DNA from: an uncultured Candidatus Saccharibacteria bacterium
GTDB lineage: Bacteria > Patescibacteriota > Minisyncoccia > Phycocordibacterales > SBAW01
DNA length: 64,000 nucleotides
NCBI GenBank assembly: GCA_964650645.1
Contig: CAZYUH010000001.1
Coordinates: forward strand, 15,373-79,372
Direction: 5' to 3'
The translations under genes and the position numbers were made by a program. Below are positions 1 to 9,755 of the stretch, in pieces (within the stretch, counting starts at the first letter, position 1; each line of letters begins with the position of its first letter). The notes beneath the pieces are model-generated. The model was not told the origin of the DNA, searched no databases, and saw only the letters and a list, made by a program, of their open reading frames with translations.

Positions 1-444
1 CAGCATGTCCGGATTTGGGTCTACCGCCCAGACGAGGCCCGCAGGGCCGGCCAGGCGCGCGGCCGCGCGCGTAAAGAAGCCCGCGCCGGCAGCCAAATCG
101 GCCACGCGCGAGCCTTCGCTTATGTGCGCGGCCTCAAGGGTGCGTTGCGGGCTGAGGAACGAGCTCTCCATTCCCCCATTGTATAGGACGTTTTACTCGC
201 CGCGCGCCACTTGCTCCTGCGCGTTGGCATTTGAATAGGCCGCCTCGCGCTGGGCGCGCAAAACTGACGCGCCCCACAGCGAATACGCGAGGATGCAGAG
301 CGCCGCCAATGCGATAGCGCCCGCTGTACCCATGGAATGTGCGGCGCGCTCGCTCATATATGCGTATATACGCACGAGCCGCCTGTTTCTTACATGAAGA
401 AAGGAAAATCCGCACGCGGCGCGTGCGGATCATGATGATTGCTG

Positions 445-891
445 CTACGCCCTTGCACTTGCCGCAACGCCGGATTGGGGCCAGAGAAGCGCCAGCAGCG
501 ACTCTACCGTATCGATGCGGGCCACTTCCGGATGGAAATAGAACGCCGAGCGGTCGTTGCCCTCGCCCACCGCATACACGCGCTTGCGACGCCCGCCGAG
601 CGCGAATGGGGGCGCCAGGCATGAGGCTATCGCGGCGCCGGTTTCTATGTGGTAGCCGATGCCGCCTTCCTTCTGGCACAGCACGATGACGATGTCGGCC
701 TCCATGGCGCCCCGTATCATGCGCTCGGCCGACGCCGGGGTGCACGGGTCGTCCTTGAACGGCTTTTCAAGCGAAATAGTAGTCCAATCAAAGGGGACGA
801 AGTATCCCCGCTTCTCAAGGGCGGCGATAAGCTCCCTGACAGCCCCTTCTTTGCCGACCTTGCCGGCTATGTACACGCGATTGCCTTCCAC
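445..891 (-). CDS. nucleoside 2-deoxyribosyltransferase-like protein (hypothetical)
   Basis: 148 aa ORF with an N-terminal VYIAG...G motif and overall fold-like resemblance to the N-deoxyribosyltransferase family. Hairpin at 408-430 downstream. Confidence 0.35.
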   Translation of the reverse strand: MEGNRVYIAGKVGKEGAVRELIAALEKRGYFVPFDWTTISLEKPFKDDPCTPASAERMIRGAMEADIVIVLCQKEGGIGYHIETGAAIASCLAPPFALGGRRKRVYAVGEGNDRSAFYFHPEVARIDTVESLLALLWPQSGVAASARA

Positions 892-927
892 GGCATCCTC
901 CGCTCGTTGCTTCTGCGTGCAATCCTA

Positions 928-1173
928 CTAGATTTTCGAAAACCGGGCCACGTTCCGCCCCTCCCATTCCACTTCCTGGCGCCACTCTGCAACCGGCCGC
1001 GTAAACAGGGGCGCGGCCGGGTTCTCGTACAAGGGCTCGTATGCGACGACCCACTGCTCGTTGGAATCCAAAGCGATGCCAACCACCTTGTACGGGTCGC
1101 CCTTGTAATGGCGGTACTGCTCCCCTGCCTTGGGCGCGTTTGCGGGAACCTCCGGAACAGGCTGGTGCGACAT
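928..1173 (-). CDS. DUF1653-like small protein
   Basis: 81 aa ORF with YRHYKG..YKV...A..SE...VVAY, the pattern typical of DUF1653. Confidence 0.45.
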   Translation of the reverse strand: MSHQPVPEVPANAPKAGEQYRHYKGDPYKVVGIALDSNEQWVVAYEPLYENPAAPLFTRPVAEWRQEVEWEGRNVARFSKI

Positions 1174-1294
1174 CGCTTAATACTACCAAAGAAAAAGGCC
1201 TGCCAAGGACGTAAAGTCAGTGGCAGGCCCCAGTGCATCGACCTGAGGCATAGATCCAATGCCTATAAAGTATAACGCGGCGGTTCTTGGGCGT

Positions 1295-1705
1295 CTAGTC
1301 AATCTTGCCCTGGCTGGCGAACCAGTCCAGAATCTCGCCGCCCGTAACGGTGGTGCGGTGCTTGTCGGCAGTGGTAAACCACGCCAGCTCGGCGATTTCG
1401 CCGCAAACCCTGGGCTCGCCCTGGCACCGCGCGTCAAAGACCGGCATAACGAGAAGCCTCCCATCAACCATGTCGTGTCCGGGACCGATAAAGGTGTTGA
1501 GGTACCGGATAGTATTGCGCACCAGGAGGACTCCCGTCTCTTCCCACACCTCCCGCATGAGCGCATCGTGGTCGCTCTCGTGCGGCTCGGGCTTGCCGCC
1601 CGCGCAATAGAAGAATACTTTCTGCTTGCGCGAACGGAGAAACAGGACCTTGCGGTCCCTGACGGGCATCCAAGCGTGCTTAATGAACGTATTTGACGGC
1701 ACCAT
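1295..1705 (-). CDS. NUDIX hydrolase
   Basis: 136 aa. Nudix box GGKPEPHESDHDALMREVWEETGV (GX5EX7REVXEEXG). Confidence 0.7.
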   Translation of the reverse strand: MVPSNTFIKHAWMPVRDRKVLFLRSRKQKVFFYCAGGKPEPHESDHDALMREVWEETGVLLVRNTIRYLNTFIGPGHDMVDGRLLVMPVFDARCQGEPRVCGEIAELAWFTTADKHRTTVTGGEILDWFASQGKID

Positions 1706-1767
1706 CTCCTCCTATGGCAAAAACTTCTCCACCCCGAGCCTACCAAAAAGCCGGCCCGCAGGCCAGC
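1647..1767. repeat. Nudix 5' module, copy A (native gene start, 5'UTR, upstream hairpin)
   Basis: cttctccAccccgagcctaccaaaaagccggcccgcaggccagc at 1724-1767 is near-identical to 2551-2594. The coding part is about 70% identical to 2467-2530. Confidence 0.7.
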
Positions 1768-1787
1768 CACGCATTTACATTACGCGC

Positions 1788-2378
1788 TTATTGGCGTTTG
1801 CGCACAATGAAATGGAAGACGTGCCAGTGCTTGGAATCGCCGGCAGCGGTCGCCCCGTCTTTCTCTTCTTCATCGAACGCGAGTACTTCGTAGCCTGCGC
1901 ACAGCTCCTCAGCCGCCTCTTTCGTAAAATGCACCGTCTTGCCGGTGCCTATCCATCCGTCACGGTCGCCGAACAGCTGGCCCGCGAATACTCCGCCCGG
2001 CTTGAGCGCAGCATGTATCCTGCCCCACACGCCCTCGAAGCTTTCCGCACGCATGAACGGGAGCGAGTACTGCGCGTTCACAAGATCGTACGCTTCGGGA
2101 GGAAACTCATACTCTTCCATGCCTGATATGGCGTAGGAGAACCGGTCCTCGGGAAAGGTATCTGCAATCTCTTGCGCGACGGGCTTTTTGTCGAGCGCCA
2201 CGACACACGCGAACCCCTCCGCGAGCAGGTACGCCGACTCGTTTAAGGCACCCGAACCCAAGTCAAGCGCCGCATCGCGCCCGACAAGATGCTGCAAAGC
2301 CCGCACCAAAAGGCCGCGGGTCTTCTTATTCTTTGTCATCTCGGCGTATTTCTTCCAATCAGTTTCCGCGCCGCTCAT
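1788..2378 (-). CDS. class I SAM-dependent methyltransferase
   Basis: 196 aa. Motif I ALDLGSGALNESAYLLAEG and acidic motif II VVALD. Confidence 0.7.
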   Translation of the reverse strand: MSGAETDWKKYAEMTKNKKTRGLLVRALQHLVGRDAALDLGSGALNESAYLLAEGFACVVALDKKPVAQEIADTFPEDRFSYAISGMEEYEFPPEAYDLVNAQYSLPFMRAESFEGVWGRIHAALKPGGVFAGQLFGDRDGWIGTGKTVHFTKEAAEELCAGYEVLAFDEEEKDGATAAGDSKHWHVFHFIVRKRQ

Positions 2379-2466
2379 AGTATTAATTATGCAATTAATT
2401 CAGTAATTATTGCACAACGGATTTTGGATTATTGGGGTGCTTAGCCCCATTTCATTTCCTCAGGAC

Positions 2467-2594
2467 CTTGCGGTCTTGTACGGGCACCCAGGCGAACTTT
2501 ACGACGGTATTGGACGAACTGGGCAGCATGTTGCGCTCCTAAGGCTATGCTTCTCCGCCCCGAGCCTACCAAAAAGCCGGCCCGCAGGCCAGCT
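2467..2594. repeat. Nudix 5' module, copy B (truncated remnant: MLPSSSNTVVKFAWVPVQDRKVLRK*)
   Basis: The minus strand encodes a 25-codon remnant homologous to the Nudix N-terminus MVPSNTFIKHAWMPVRDRKVLFL, preceded by the same upstream 44-mer. Confidence 0.65.
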
Positions 2595-2600
2595 GCAGAA

Positions 2601-3080
2601 TTACGCCACGGATTTTAAATTATTGGTTGTTTGCTCTTGTCTCTGGAGATGGTTTGCCTGTGTTGAAAATTTATAGTTTTTTACCAAATCTTTTTTCACC
2701 ATCATTTTATATTCGAGTTCCAAATCCGCCCACTCTTTGTATTTTTCATCGAGCTCGTCTTTGATGGAAGTGCCGCCAACCTTTGTTTCAATCAATCCCA
2801 GGAACAACGCTTCAGCATTTTTTTCTATAGATTCAACTGCTGCAGCAACGTCATTAGCTGAGCTAAATTTACCATTCCGGGAAGATTGTCCTATCGACGC
2901 AAGCGAGTCTTTGATAGCTTCTGCATGATGAAGCAAGGTAATAAGTTGCTGCCTATACGCCCTGCCTTCTTCTTTGACTTTTTGCCATTGGAAGTAAGCT
3001 GTAAATCCTGCAGCTACAGCGAGCAATAGACCAAAATTGGGAGAAAAAAGATTACCCAAGCCCGAAATTAAATCTGACAT
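2601..3080 (-). CDS. hypothetical membrane-anchored protein (low-GC gene)
   Basis: 159 aa ORF with an N-terminal hydrophobic helix, Lys/Glu-rich. Local GC is far below the window average. Confidence 0.4.
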   Translation of the reverse strand: MSDLISGLGNLFSPNFGLLLAVAAGFTAYFQWQKVKEEGRAYRQQLITLLHHAEAIKDSLASIGQSSRNGKFSSANDVAAAVESIEKNAEALFLGLIETKVGGTSIKDELDEKYKEWADLELEYKMMVKKDLVKNYKFSTQANHLQRQEQTTNNLKSVA

Positions 3081-3096
3081 ATGTCAAAAAATCCTA

Positions 3097-5568
3097 CTAT
3101 AAGCACACGAAGCTTGCGATAGCATCACCGTCGCGGAGCTTCATGACGCGCACGCCCTGGGTGCTGCGCGAGAGGCTCGGGATTTCCTTGAGCTCGGTGC
3201 GGATGACCTGGCCCTTCTTGGAAACGACGACTATCTCGTCCTCGCCGACGCCCTCTTCCTTTGAAACCACCTTGGCGGCGATGAGCGGGCCGGTCTTCGG
3301 CGTGGTGTTTATGGTCTTGATGCCCGAGCCGCCGCGGTTCTGGTTCTTGTACTCGTCAACGCTCGTGGTCTTGCCGTAGCCGTTCTTGGACACCACCAGC
3401 ACCTCCAGGTTCTTCATGCCTTTCTTTATGACGTCGGCGCCCACCAGCGTGTCGCCGGCACCGAGCTTCATGCCGCGCACGCCGCCAGCACCCCGGCCCA
3501 TGGCGCGGATGTCGGACTCCTTAAAGCGGATGCTCTGTCCCTTGGCGGTCGAGAGGAATATCTCGTCGCCCTTCTCAACAAGCAATGCCGCGATGAGCTC
3601 GTCGCCCTTCTGGAGCTTCATGGCGATGAGGCCCGAGCGGCGCACGTCGTGGAAGGCCGTCGCGTCCACCTTCTTGGCGACGCCCTGCTTGGTGATCATG
3701 TACAGGAACTTCTCGCCCTCCTTCTGGAGCTTGCGCATGGGCAATACGCTCGAGACGCGCTCAGCATCGGAAAGCTGGAGGAAGTTGACTATCGCCTTGC
3801 CCTTGGTGGAGCGCTTGCCCTCCGGGATCTCGTAGAACTTCAGCTGGTAGGCCTTGCCCACGTCGGTAAAGAACAGGAGGTCGCTGTGCGTCGAAGTCGT
3901 GAGGAACGTCGTGACGAAGTCCTCTTCTTTCGTATCCAGATCGATGACGCCCACGCCGCCGCGCTTCTGCTTTCTATACTCCTCGGGGTTGGTGCGCTTC
4001 ACGTAGCCGCCCTGGGTCAGGACCAGGACCTGCTCCTCGTCGGCCACCAGGTCCTCGACGTTGATGACGCCGGCGGCGCCCTTCATGACCTTGGTCTGGC
4101 GCTCGTCGCCGAAGCGCTCGGCCAGCGCCACTATCTCGGTCTTGATGAGCGCGAGCATCTTCTTGTCGCTGCCCAAGAGCGCGGTGAGCTCCTTGATGAG
4201 CGCCTGTATCTCGGCGAGCTCGTCCATGATCTTCTGGCGCTCGAGGTTGGCGAGGCGCGAGAGGCGCATCTCGAGGATGGCCTGCGCCTGGAGGTCGCTG
4301 AACTTGAACTTCTTGACGATGTTGGCGTGCGCCTCGGGCACGTCCTTGGACGCGCGTATGGTCTTGATGAGCTCGTCTATTATGTCGAGCGCCTTGGCGA
4401 GGCCCAGCAATATGTGCTCGCGGTCCTGCGCCTTGGTGAGGTCAAACAGCGTGCGGCGGCGCACGACCTCGCGGCGGTGCTTGATGAACTCCTCCAAAAT
4501 TCCCTTAAGCGAGAGGGTCTGCGGCACGCCGTCCACCAGGACCACCATGTTGAAATGGAACGTGTCCTCGAGCGCGGTGTGCTTGTAGAGGTAGTTGAGC
4601 ACCTTCTGCGGGTGCGCGCCTGACTTCAGCTCGATGACCACACGGATGTCCTTGGACGACTCGTCGCGCAGGCCGCGTATGCCCTCTATCTTCTTGTCGC
4701 GCACCAGGTCGGCGATGCGCATGATGAGGTCGGCCTTGTTGACGCGGTACGGTATGGACGTGACGACGATGGAGAAGTCGCCCTTCTTGCCCTCGACTAT
4801 CTCGGCGTTGCCGCGCACCACCACGCCGCCCTTGCCCGTGGTGTAGGCGTGCAAAAGCGCCTTCTTGTCGAACGCGACCGCGCCCGTCGGGAAGTCGGGG
4901 CCGGTGACGAACTCCATGAGGTCCTCCACCGTGGCGTCGGGGTGCTCGATGAGGTGCGTCAAAGCGCCCGACACCTCGCCCAGGTTGTGCGGCGGAATGG
5001 ACGTTGCCATGCCCACGGCGATGCCGAGCGTGCCGTTGAGCAGGATGTTGGGCACGCCCGCGGGGAGGACGGTCGGCTCCTTGAGCGTGCCGTCGTAGTT
5101 GGGGCGCCACTCCACCGTGTCCTTGTCGAGATCGCTCAGGAGCGCCTCGGACATGCGCGACATCTTGGCCTCGGTGTAGCGGTAGGCCGCCGCCGAGTCG
5201 CCGTCGATGGAACCGAAGTTCCCCTGGCCGAGGATGAGCGGGTAGCGCATGGAGAAGTCCTGGGTCATCTTGACCATCGCGTCGTACACCGACTGGTCGC
5301 CGTGCGGGTGGTACTTGCCGAGCACATCTCCGACGATGGTCGCCGACTTGCGGAAGCGCGCGCCGGGGGTGAGCCCCTGGCGGTGCATGATGTAGAGGAT
5401 GCGGCGGTGCACGGGCTTGAGCCCGTCGCGCACGTCGGGCAGGGCGCGGTCGGTGATGACCGACATCGCGTAGTCGATGAAGCTCTCGCGCATCTCGGCG
5501 GAGATATTGCGGCCCACTATGCCCGTGCCGCCCTGCTCTTTGGTCTTGTGCTCGTCCTTGCCTGCCAT
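3097..5568 (-). CDS. gyrA: DNA gyrase subunit A
   Basis: 823 aa with the GyrA N-terminal signature ([21 protein letters not shown]...[18 protein letters not shown]), active-site region and C-terminal beta-pinwheel repeats. Confidence 0.95.
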   Translation of the reverse strand: MAGKDEHKTKEQGGTGIVGRNISAEMRESFIDYAMSVITDRALPDVRDGLKPVHRRILYIMHRQGLTPGARFRKSATIVGDVLGKYHPHGDQSVYDAMVKMTQDFSMRYPLILGQGNFGSIDGDSAAAYRYTEAKMSRMSEALLSDLDKDTVEWRPNYDGTLKEPTVLPAGVPNILLNGTLGIAVGMATSIPPHNLGEVSGALTHLIEHPDATVEDLMEFVTGPDFPTGAVAFDKKALLHAYTTGKGGVVVRGNAEIVEGKKGDFSIVVTSIPYRVNKADLIMRIADLVRDKKIEGIRGLRDESSKDIRVVIELKSGAHPQKVLNYLYKHTALEDTFHFNMVVLVDGVPQTLSLKGILEEFIKHRREVVRRRTLFDLTKAQDREHILLGLAKALDIIDELIKTIRASKDVPEAHANIVKKFKFSDLQAQAILEMRLSRLANLERQKIMDELAEIQALIKELTALLGSDKKMLALIKTEIVALAERFGDERQTKVMKGAAGVINVEDLVADEEQVLVLTQGGYVKRTNPEEYRKQKRGGVGVIDLDTKEEDFVTTFLTTSTHSDLLFFTDVGKAYQLKFYEIPEGKRSTKGKAIVNFLQLSDAERVSSVLPMRKLQKEGEKFLYMITKQGVAKKVDATAFHDVRRSGLIAMKLQKGDELIAALLVEKGDEIFLSTAKGQSIRFKESDIRAMGRGAGGVRGMKLGAGDTLVGADVIKKGMKNLEVLVVSKNGYGKTTSVDEYKNQNRGGSGIKTINTTPKTGPLIAAKVVSKEEGVGEDEIVVVSKKGQVIRTELKEIPSLSRSTQGVRVMKLRDGDAIASFVCL

Positions 5569-5575
5569 ACGTTAA

Positions 5576-5824
5576 TTAAAAGCCGGTCGTCGAGGCGACG
5601 TACAGCTGGTTGGGCCCGCTGTACCCGCTCTGGACGACGGAGGCGGTAAGCGGCTCGCCAAGGCCGTCCTGCGCCACCTGCGCGCCGCCCCCTCCGAGCC
5701 TGAATCCGAGCGTCGTGATCCACACCGCGAACACCATCGCGGTCACGACGCTCGCGATGCGCATCGCGTGCTGGCGGCGCTCGTGGGGCTCCTTGCTATT
5801 GATATGGTCGAAATACTTCTTCAC
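5576..5824 (-). CDS. small membrane protein (hypothetical)
   Basis: 82 aa with one predicted TM helix; stop lies 8 nt upstream of the gyrA start. Confidence 0.3.
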   Translation of the reverse strand: MKKYFDHINSKEPHERRQHAMRIASVVTAMVFAVWITTLGFRLGGGGAQVAQDGLGEPLTASVVQSGYSGPNQLYVASTTGF

Positions 5825-5831
5825 GGTTGTA

Positions 5832-6452
5832 TTATGCGCCCAAAACGACGACTTCGCACTGCTTGCCGTCCAAATCCTTCTTCTTGACGGTCAGCTTCTC
5901 CTCGGCCTTCGTCCCCTCCGCGCCCGCCTCCTTGAGGAACGCCTTGAGCGACTTGTCGTCGTAGTGCATGGGGATGACGACCTTTGGACTGAGCGCGACC
6001 GCCAACTTGTAGGCCTGGGCATGCTCCAGGACGTCGCCCCCGCCCACCGGCACGAACAGGATGTCTATGTTGTCGAGCTCGGCCTTGGCCGCCGACGGAA
6101 GCTCCGGAGAGCCGAGCGCCCCCATGAAGCACAGGGTCATGTTCTCGAGCGAGATGGAGTAGATGGTGTTTATGGCGGGCTTCTTGTCGTACACGGTAGG
6201 AACGCCGAAGCCGCGCACCGCGACCCCCTTCACCTCGTATTCGCCGGGCCCCGAGATGACGAACGGCTGGCGCTCGCCGAAGCCGGCGTTCTCGGTGCCG
6301 TTGAAGTCCTTGTGATCGAGGGTGACGAAGGCCAGGTCGGCGCCGAACTTGGCCGAAGCGAGCGAGGACTGCTTGTCGGGGGGGTTGATGGCAAGGGTAA
6401 GGTCGCCTTGAGCCACCTTGAAGCACTCGCCTCCCAAGAAGCTGATAACCAT
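5832..6452 (-). CDS. MBL-fold metal-dependent hydrolase (UPF0173-like)
   Basis: 206 aa. The N-terminus (MVISFLGGECFKV...) and overall pattern match the UPF0173 metallo-beta-lactamase superfamily. Confidence 0.65.
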   Translation of the reverse strand: MVISFLGGECFKVAQGDLTLAINPPDKQSSLASAKFGADLAFVTLDHKDFNGTENAGFGERQPFVISGPGEYEVKGVAVRGFGVPTVYDKKPAINTIYSISLENMTLCFMGALGSPELPSAAKAELDNIDILFVPVGGGDVLEHAQAYKLAVALSPKVVIPMHYDDKSLKAFLKEAGAEGTKAEEKLTVKKKDLDGKQCEVVVLGA

Positions 6453-6612
6453 GGCCGAAGTATACCAAAATACGGCCCTTTTGCCATCCTTTCGGGGCCT
6501 TTCCTTTACTATATATATGCGCTATACTGCCCCTCAATAAAGGAACTAGCCTTTATTAGCGGCTCGGGACTAATCTCCGCAGGAGGACCCGACCTACAAC
6601 CACATATATAGT

Positions 6613-7707
6613 ATGGACAATCACCACACAGAGGAGTCTTTGCCTGCATCCGTGATGCAGATGTTCGCCGACCAGATACAGACGCCTCCGGCGCCGGGCG
6701 ACATCATAGAGGGCGCCGTGCTCTCGCTTGACCGCGCCCGCCTGTACGTCGACCTGCCCCCGTTCGGCACCGGCGTCATCTACGGCCGCGAGTATATGAA
6801 CGCGCGCGAGGTCATCAAGCGCACCAACGTGGGCGACAAGATAAGCGCCAAGGTCATCTCGACCGACGCGAAGGACGGCTACATCGAGCTGTCGCTGAAG
6901 GAGGCGCGCCAGGCCGCCGCCTGGGCCGAGGCCGAGGACATGGTCAAGAACAAGACCATGCTCGAGCTTACGGTAAAGGAGGCCAACAAGGGCGGCCTCA
7001 TCATGGAGTGGCAGGGCATCGCCGGCTTCCTCCCCGCCTCCCAGCTCAAGGCCGAGCACTATCCGCGCGTGGCCGACGGCGACAAGGACCGCATCCTCGA
7101 CGAGCTCAGGAAGCTCGTGGGCCAGAAGCTCCCGGTCTCGATAATCGGCGCGCAGCCCAAGGAGGGCAAGCTGATCTTCAGCGAGAAGGGCGCCGACGAC
7201 AAGGAGAAGAAGGAACTCATCGCCAACTACGCCGTGGGCGACGCCGTCTCGGGCGACGTGACCGGCATGGTGGACTTCGGCGTGTTCGTGAAGCTCGAGG
7301 AGGGCCTCGAGGGCCTCGTGCACATCTCGGAGATAGACTGGGGCCTCGTGGACGACCCGCGCCACTTCTTCAAGGTGGGCGACAAGGTGAAGGTGAAGAT
7401 AATCGACATCAAGGACGGCAAGGTGTCCCTCTCCGTCAAGGCGCTCAAGGAGAACCCGTGGGAGGCCGCCAAGGGCCGCTACAGCAAGGGCGACAAGGTG
7501 GAGGGCGTGGTCATCAAGTTCAACAAGCATGGCGCTTTGGCGTCCATAGAGGAGGGCATCGCCGGCCTCGTGCACGTGTCGGAGTTCGGCAGCGAGGAGA
7601 AGCTCCGCGCGGCGCTCGAGCTCGGCAAGCGCTACCCGTTCACCATCTCGCTGTTCGAGCCCAAGGACATGCGCATGGCGCTGAACTTTGGAGAGAAGAA
7701 GGCGTAA
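6613..7707 (+). CDS. rpsA: 30S ribosomal protein S1
   Basis: 364 aa with four S1 repeats (G..V.G.V....DFG.FV.L..G..GLVHISE). Confidence 0.85.
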   Translation: MDNHHTEESLPASVMQMFADQIQTPPAPGDIIEGAVLSLDRARLYVDLPPFGTGVIYGREYMNAREVIKRTNVGDKISAKVISTDAKDGYIELSLKEARQAAAWAEAEDMVKNKTMLELTVKEANKGGLIMEWQGIAGFLPASQLKAEHYPRVADGDKDRILDELRKLVGQKLPVSIIGAQPKEGKLIFSEKGADDKEKKELIANYAVGDAVSGDVTGMVDFGVFVKLEEGLEGLVHISEIDWGLVDDPRHFFKVGDKVKVKIIDIKDGKVSLSVKALKENPWEAAKGRYSKGDKVEGVVIKFNKHGALASIEEGIAGLVHVSEFGSEEKLRAALELGKRYPFTISLFEPKDMRMALNFGEKKA

Positions 7708-7728
7708 TCTTAAAGCGCATAAAACAAA

Positions 7729-7757
7729 GGCCGCTCCCTAGCAGGGAGCGGTTTTTG
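7729..7757 (+). terminator. intrinsic terminator after rpsA
   Basis: CCGCTCCCTagcAGGGAGCGG hairpin followed by TTTTTGC. Confidence 0.6.
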
Positions 7758-8124
7758 CTTCTTCTTTCAGCATGCCGAGCACGGTATCGAGCAGGGTCAG
7801 GTGCGAATCGCCCCGGCTGAAGTACTCCGCGCCGTACTTCTCCTTCAGGTGCTCCCTGGTCACAAGCACGCGGTCCCATTGGGAGACGACGAGAAGCTTG
7901 GCGTCCGGGCCGACGGCCCTGCGCACCGTGCTTAGGAACAAGTGGGACTTATTCTTCTCCCAGTCATCAAGGCCGAAATGCACCGCAAGATCGTACTCAT
8001 CAGGAAACCCGCCGACCTCGTCCCACCGGCAGTCAACGCACGCTATGCCGCGGCTCCTGAGCATATCCCTCAGCTCGTACACGTCGAACCTCGTCGTGCC
8101 TTTCACGATCAGGACTTTCTTCAT
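7738..8124 (-). CDS. hypothetical protein
   Basis: 128 aa from MKKVLIV. AAAGGAG ribosome-binding site 6 nt upstream of this ATG. Confidence 0.4.
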   Translation of the reverse strand: MKKVLIVKGTTRFDVYELRDMLRSRGIACVDCRWDEVGGFPDEYDLAVHFGLDDWEKNKSHLFLSTVRRAVGPDAKLLVVSQWDRVLVTREHLKEKYGAEYFSRGDSHLTLLDTVLGMLKEEAKTAPC

Positions 8125-8237
8125 GGGCATCTCCTTTCTGACCAAACCATACGCCATGCGGCATTCGATAGTCAATGCGAGCCGCTGAGGCCCGCACAAA
8201 GAAAAGAGAAGCCGCCGCGGAGTACCGCGGCGGCTTT

Positions 8238-8558
8238 TTATTCACACGCGAGAACATATCCGTGATTGCGCACATGGAAGATCCTGACGCCTTCCAACGC
8301 GCTCTCAAGCTTTCTTTTCAGCCTGCAGACCAGGGCCACCAGCGTCACGCGCTCCGCTCGGCGCCCCTGCCGGCCGTACAGCGCCGCAATAAGCATTCTG
8401 TTCGTAACGAGCGCGCCCGCGCAGAGCGCGAGCGCTTCGAGCAGCTCCGATTGGCGCCTGGAGAGGCGGACAATCTCGCATCCTTTCTTCCTTATGCAGC
8501 GCAGCTGCGGATACAGCGCGGCGCCGTCCGCAAGACGGATTTCTTCCAACGGCCTCAT
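8238..8558 (-). CDS. stand-alone winged-helix DNA-binding protein (OmpR/PhoB C-terminal type)
   Basis: 106 aa. L..RQSELLEAL......V....L...LYG...........L...V.RLKRKL......I.HVRN.GYVL matches the trans_reg_C domain. No receiver domain. Confidence 0.5.
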   Translation of the reverse strand: MRPLEEIRLADGAALYPQLRCIRKKGCEIVRLSRRQSELLEALALCAGALVTNRMLIAALYGRQGRRAERVTLVALVCRLKRKLESALEGVRIFHVRNHGYVLACE

Positions 8559-8590
8559 GCCAGGACTCCTTCCTTTTCCTGGAACCGCTC

Positions 8591-9121
8591 TTATTTCGCG
8601 TTAGTTTCAGTCATCGCGGCCTGCACGCCGTCCTCCAAAATGAGCTCGAGCGCCTCGGCTACTGTCTTTTTGGCCTTCTTGAGCTTTTCTTGCTCGGGCG
8701 GGCGGAATTTGGCCAGCACGAAGTCGGCAAGCTTCTCCGGCGCGGGGCGCTTGAGCTTTCCGGACGGCGTGGCGCCCGATATGCCGATGCGCACGCGCAC
8801 GTAGTCTTTCGTCTTGAGCGCCTTTTCTATGGATTTGACGCCGTTGTGCCCGCCGGCCGAGGAGCCGAACGACACCTTGACCCGTCCCAGGGGCAAATCA
8901 AGCTCGTCATGCAGCACCACGAGCTTCTCGGCGGCTTTCTTGCTCGTTATGAGCTTCTTTATGGGCCCGCCGGAGTTGTTCATGTACACATTAAGCTCGG
9001 CGATCTTCGCCTTTTTCGGCAGGGAGCCTTTCAATTCGCTTAAGAAGTCCTTGCCGATGTTGTGGCGCGTGCCTTCGTACTCCTTATCGGGATTGCCGAG
9101 GCCCACGAGTATCCAGCTCAT
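8591..9121 (-). CDS. pth: peptidyl-tRNA hydrolase
   Basis: 176 aa. MSWILVGLGNPDKEYEGTRHNIG and HNG motifs. Confidence 0.85.
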   Translation of the reverse strand: MSWILVGLGNPDKEYEGTRHNIGKDFLSELKGSLPKKAKIAELNVYMNNSGGPIKKLITSKKAAEKLVVLHDELDLPLGRVKVSFGSSAGGHNGVKSIEKALKTKDYVRVRIGISGATPSGKLKRPAPEKLADFVLAKFRPPEQEKLKKAKKTVAEALELILEDGVQAAMTETNAK

Positions 9122-9197
9122 GACGATAATGTACCACGGCGCGAGCGGAAACGCGCGAAAAGCTTGCATTGTTTTCCAAGAAGCATACAATGCATGC

Positions 9198-9752
9198 ATG
9201 CCACAGGAGCAGCGTGATTCTTTTTTCACAGAACTCCTGAAATTCGTCGTCGTCGCGGCCGTCATCGTCCTGCCGGTGCGCCTCTTCGTCGCCCAACCGT
9301 TCATCGTGTCCGGCGAAAGCATGTCGCCCACGTTCGAGAACGGCGAATACCTCATCGTCGACGAGCTCACGTACCGCCTCGAGCCGCCCAAGCGCGGCGA
9401 CGTCGTCATATTCCGCTACCCGCGCGACCCGTCGGAGTTCTTCATAAAGCGCATCATCGGCCTGCCGGGAGAGACGGTCGCAATAAAGGACGGCCAGGTT
9501 GAAGTACAGCATGCGGACGGCACCACGGCCGTGCTCGACGAGCCGTACGTCAAGAACCTGGGCAACGGCCGCGACGCCTCCTACGAGGTGGAGCCGGGCA
9601 CCTACTTCGTCATGGGCGACAACCGCCCCGAAAGCTCCGACTCGCGCATCTGGGGGCTCATGCCCGAAAAGAACCTCATCGGGCGCGCCATCGTCCGGCT
9701 CCTGCCCGTCCCCGAGGCCGGCCTCTTCCCCGGAAAAGCGACCTATCAATAA
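9198..9752 (+). CDS. lepB: signal peptidase I
   Basis: 184 aa. SGESMSPTF (Ser box), KRIIGLPGE (Lys box), GDNR..S.DSR motifs. Confidence 0.85.
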   Translation: MPQEQRDSFFTELLKFVVVAAVIVLPVRLFVAQPFIVSGESMSPTFENGEYLIVDELTYRLEPPKRGDVVIFRYPRDPSEFFIKRIIGLPGETVAIKDGQVEVQHADGTTAVLDEPYVKNLGNGRDASYEVEPGTYFVMGDNRPESSDSRIWGLMPEKNLIGRAIVRLLPVPEAGLFPGKATYQ

Positions 9753-9755
9753 GTA

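Noticed and set aside
134-745. 203-aa minus-strand ORF and the 77-aa plus-strand ORF at the window start
   Set aside because: Arg-rich junk composition. The region 1-440 more likely holds a small TM-peptide ORF (193-375, minus, about 54 aa from MSERAAH) and a terminator hairpin at 408-430. Confidence was too low to list as features.
3649-4623. 324-aa ORF on the plus strand inside gyrA, and similar long ORFs at 4505-5110 and 4849-5649
   Set aside because: They are antisense to a confidently identified gyrA. Arg/Ala/Leu-rich composition is typical of spurious ORFs in about 65% GC DNA.
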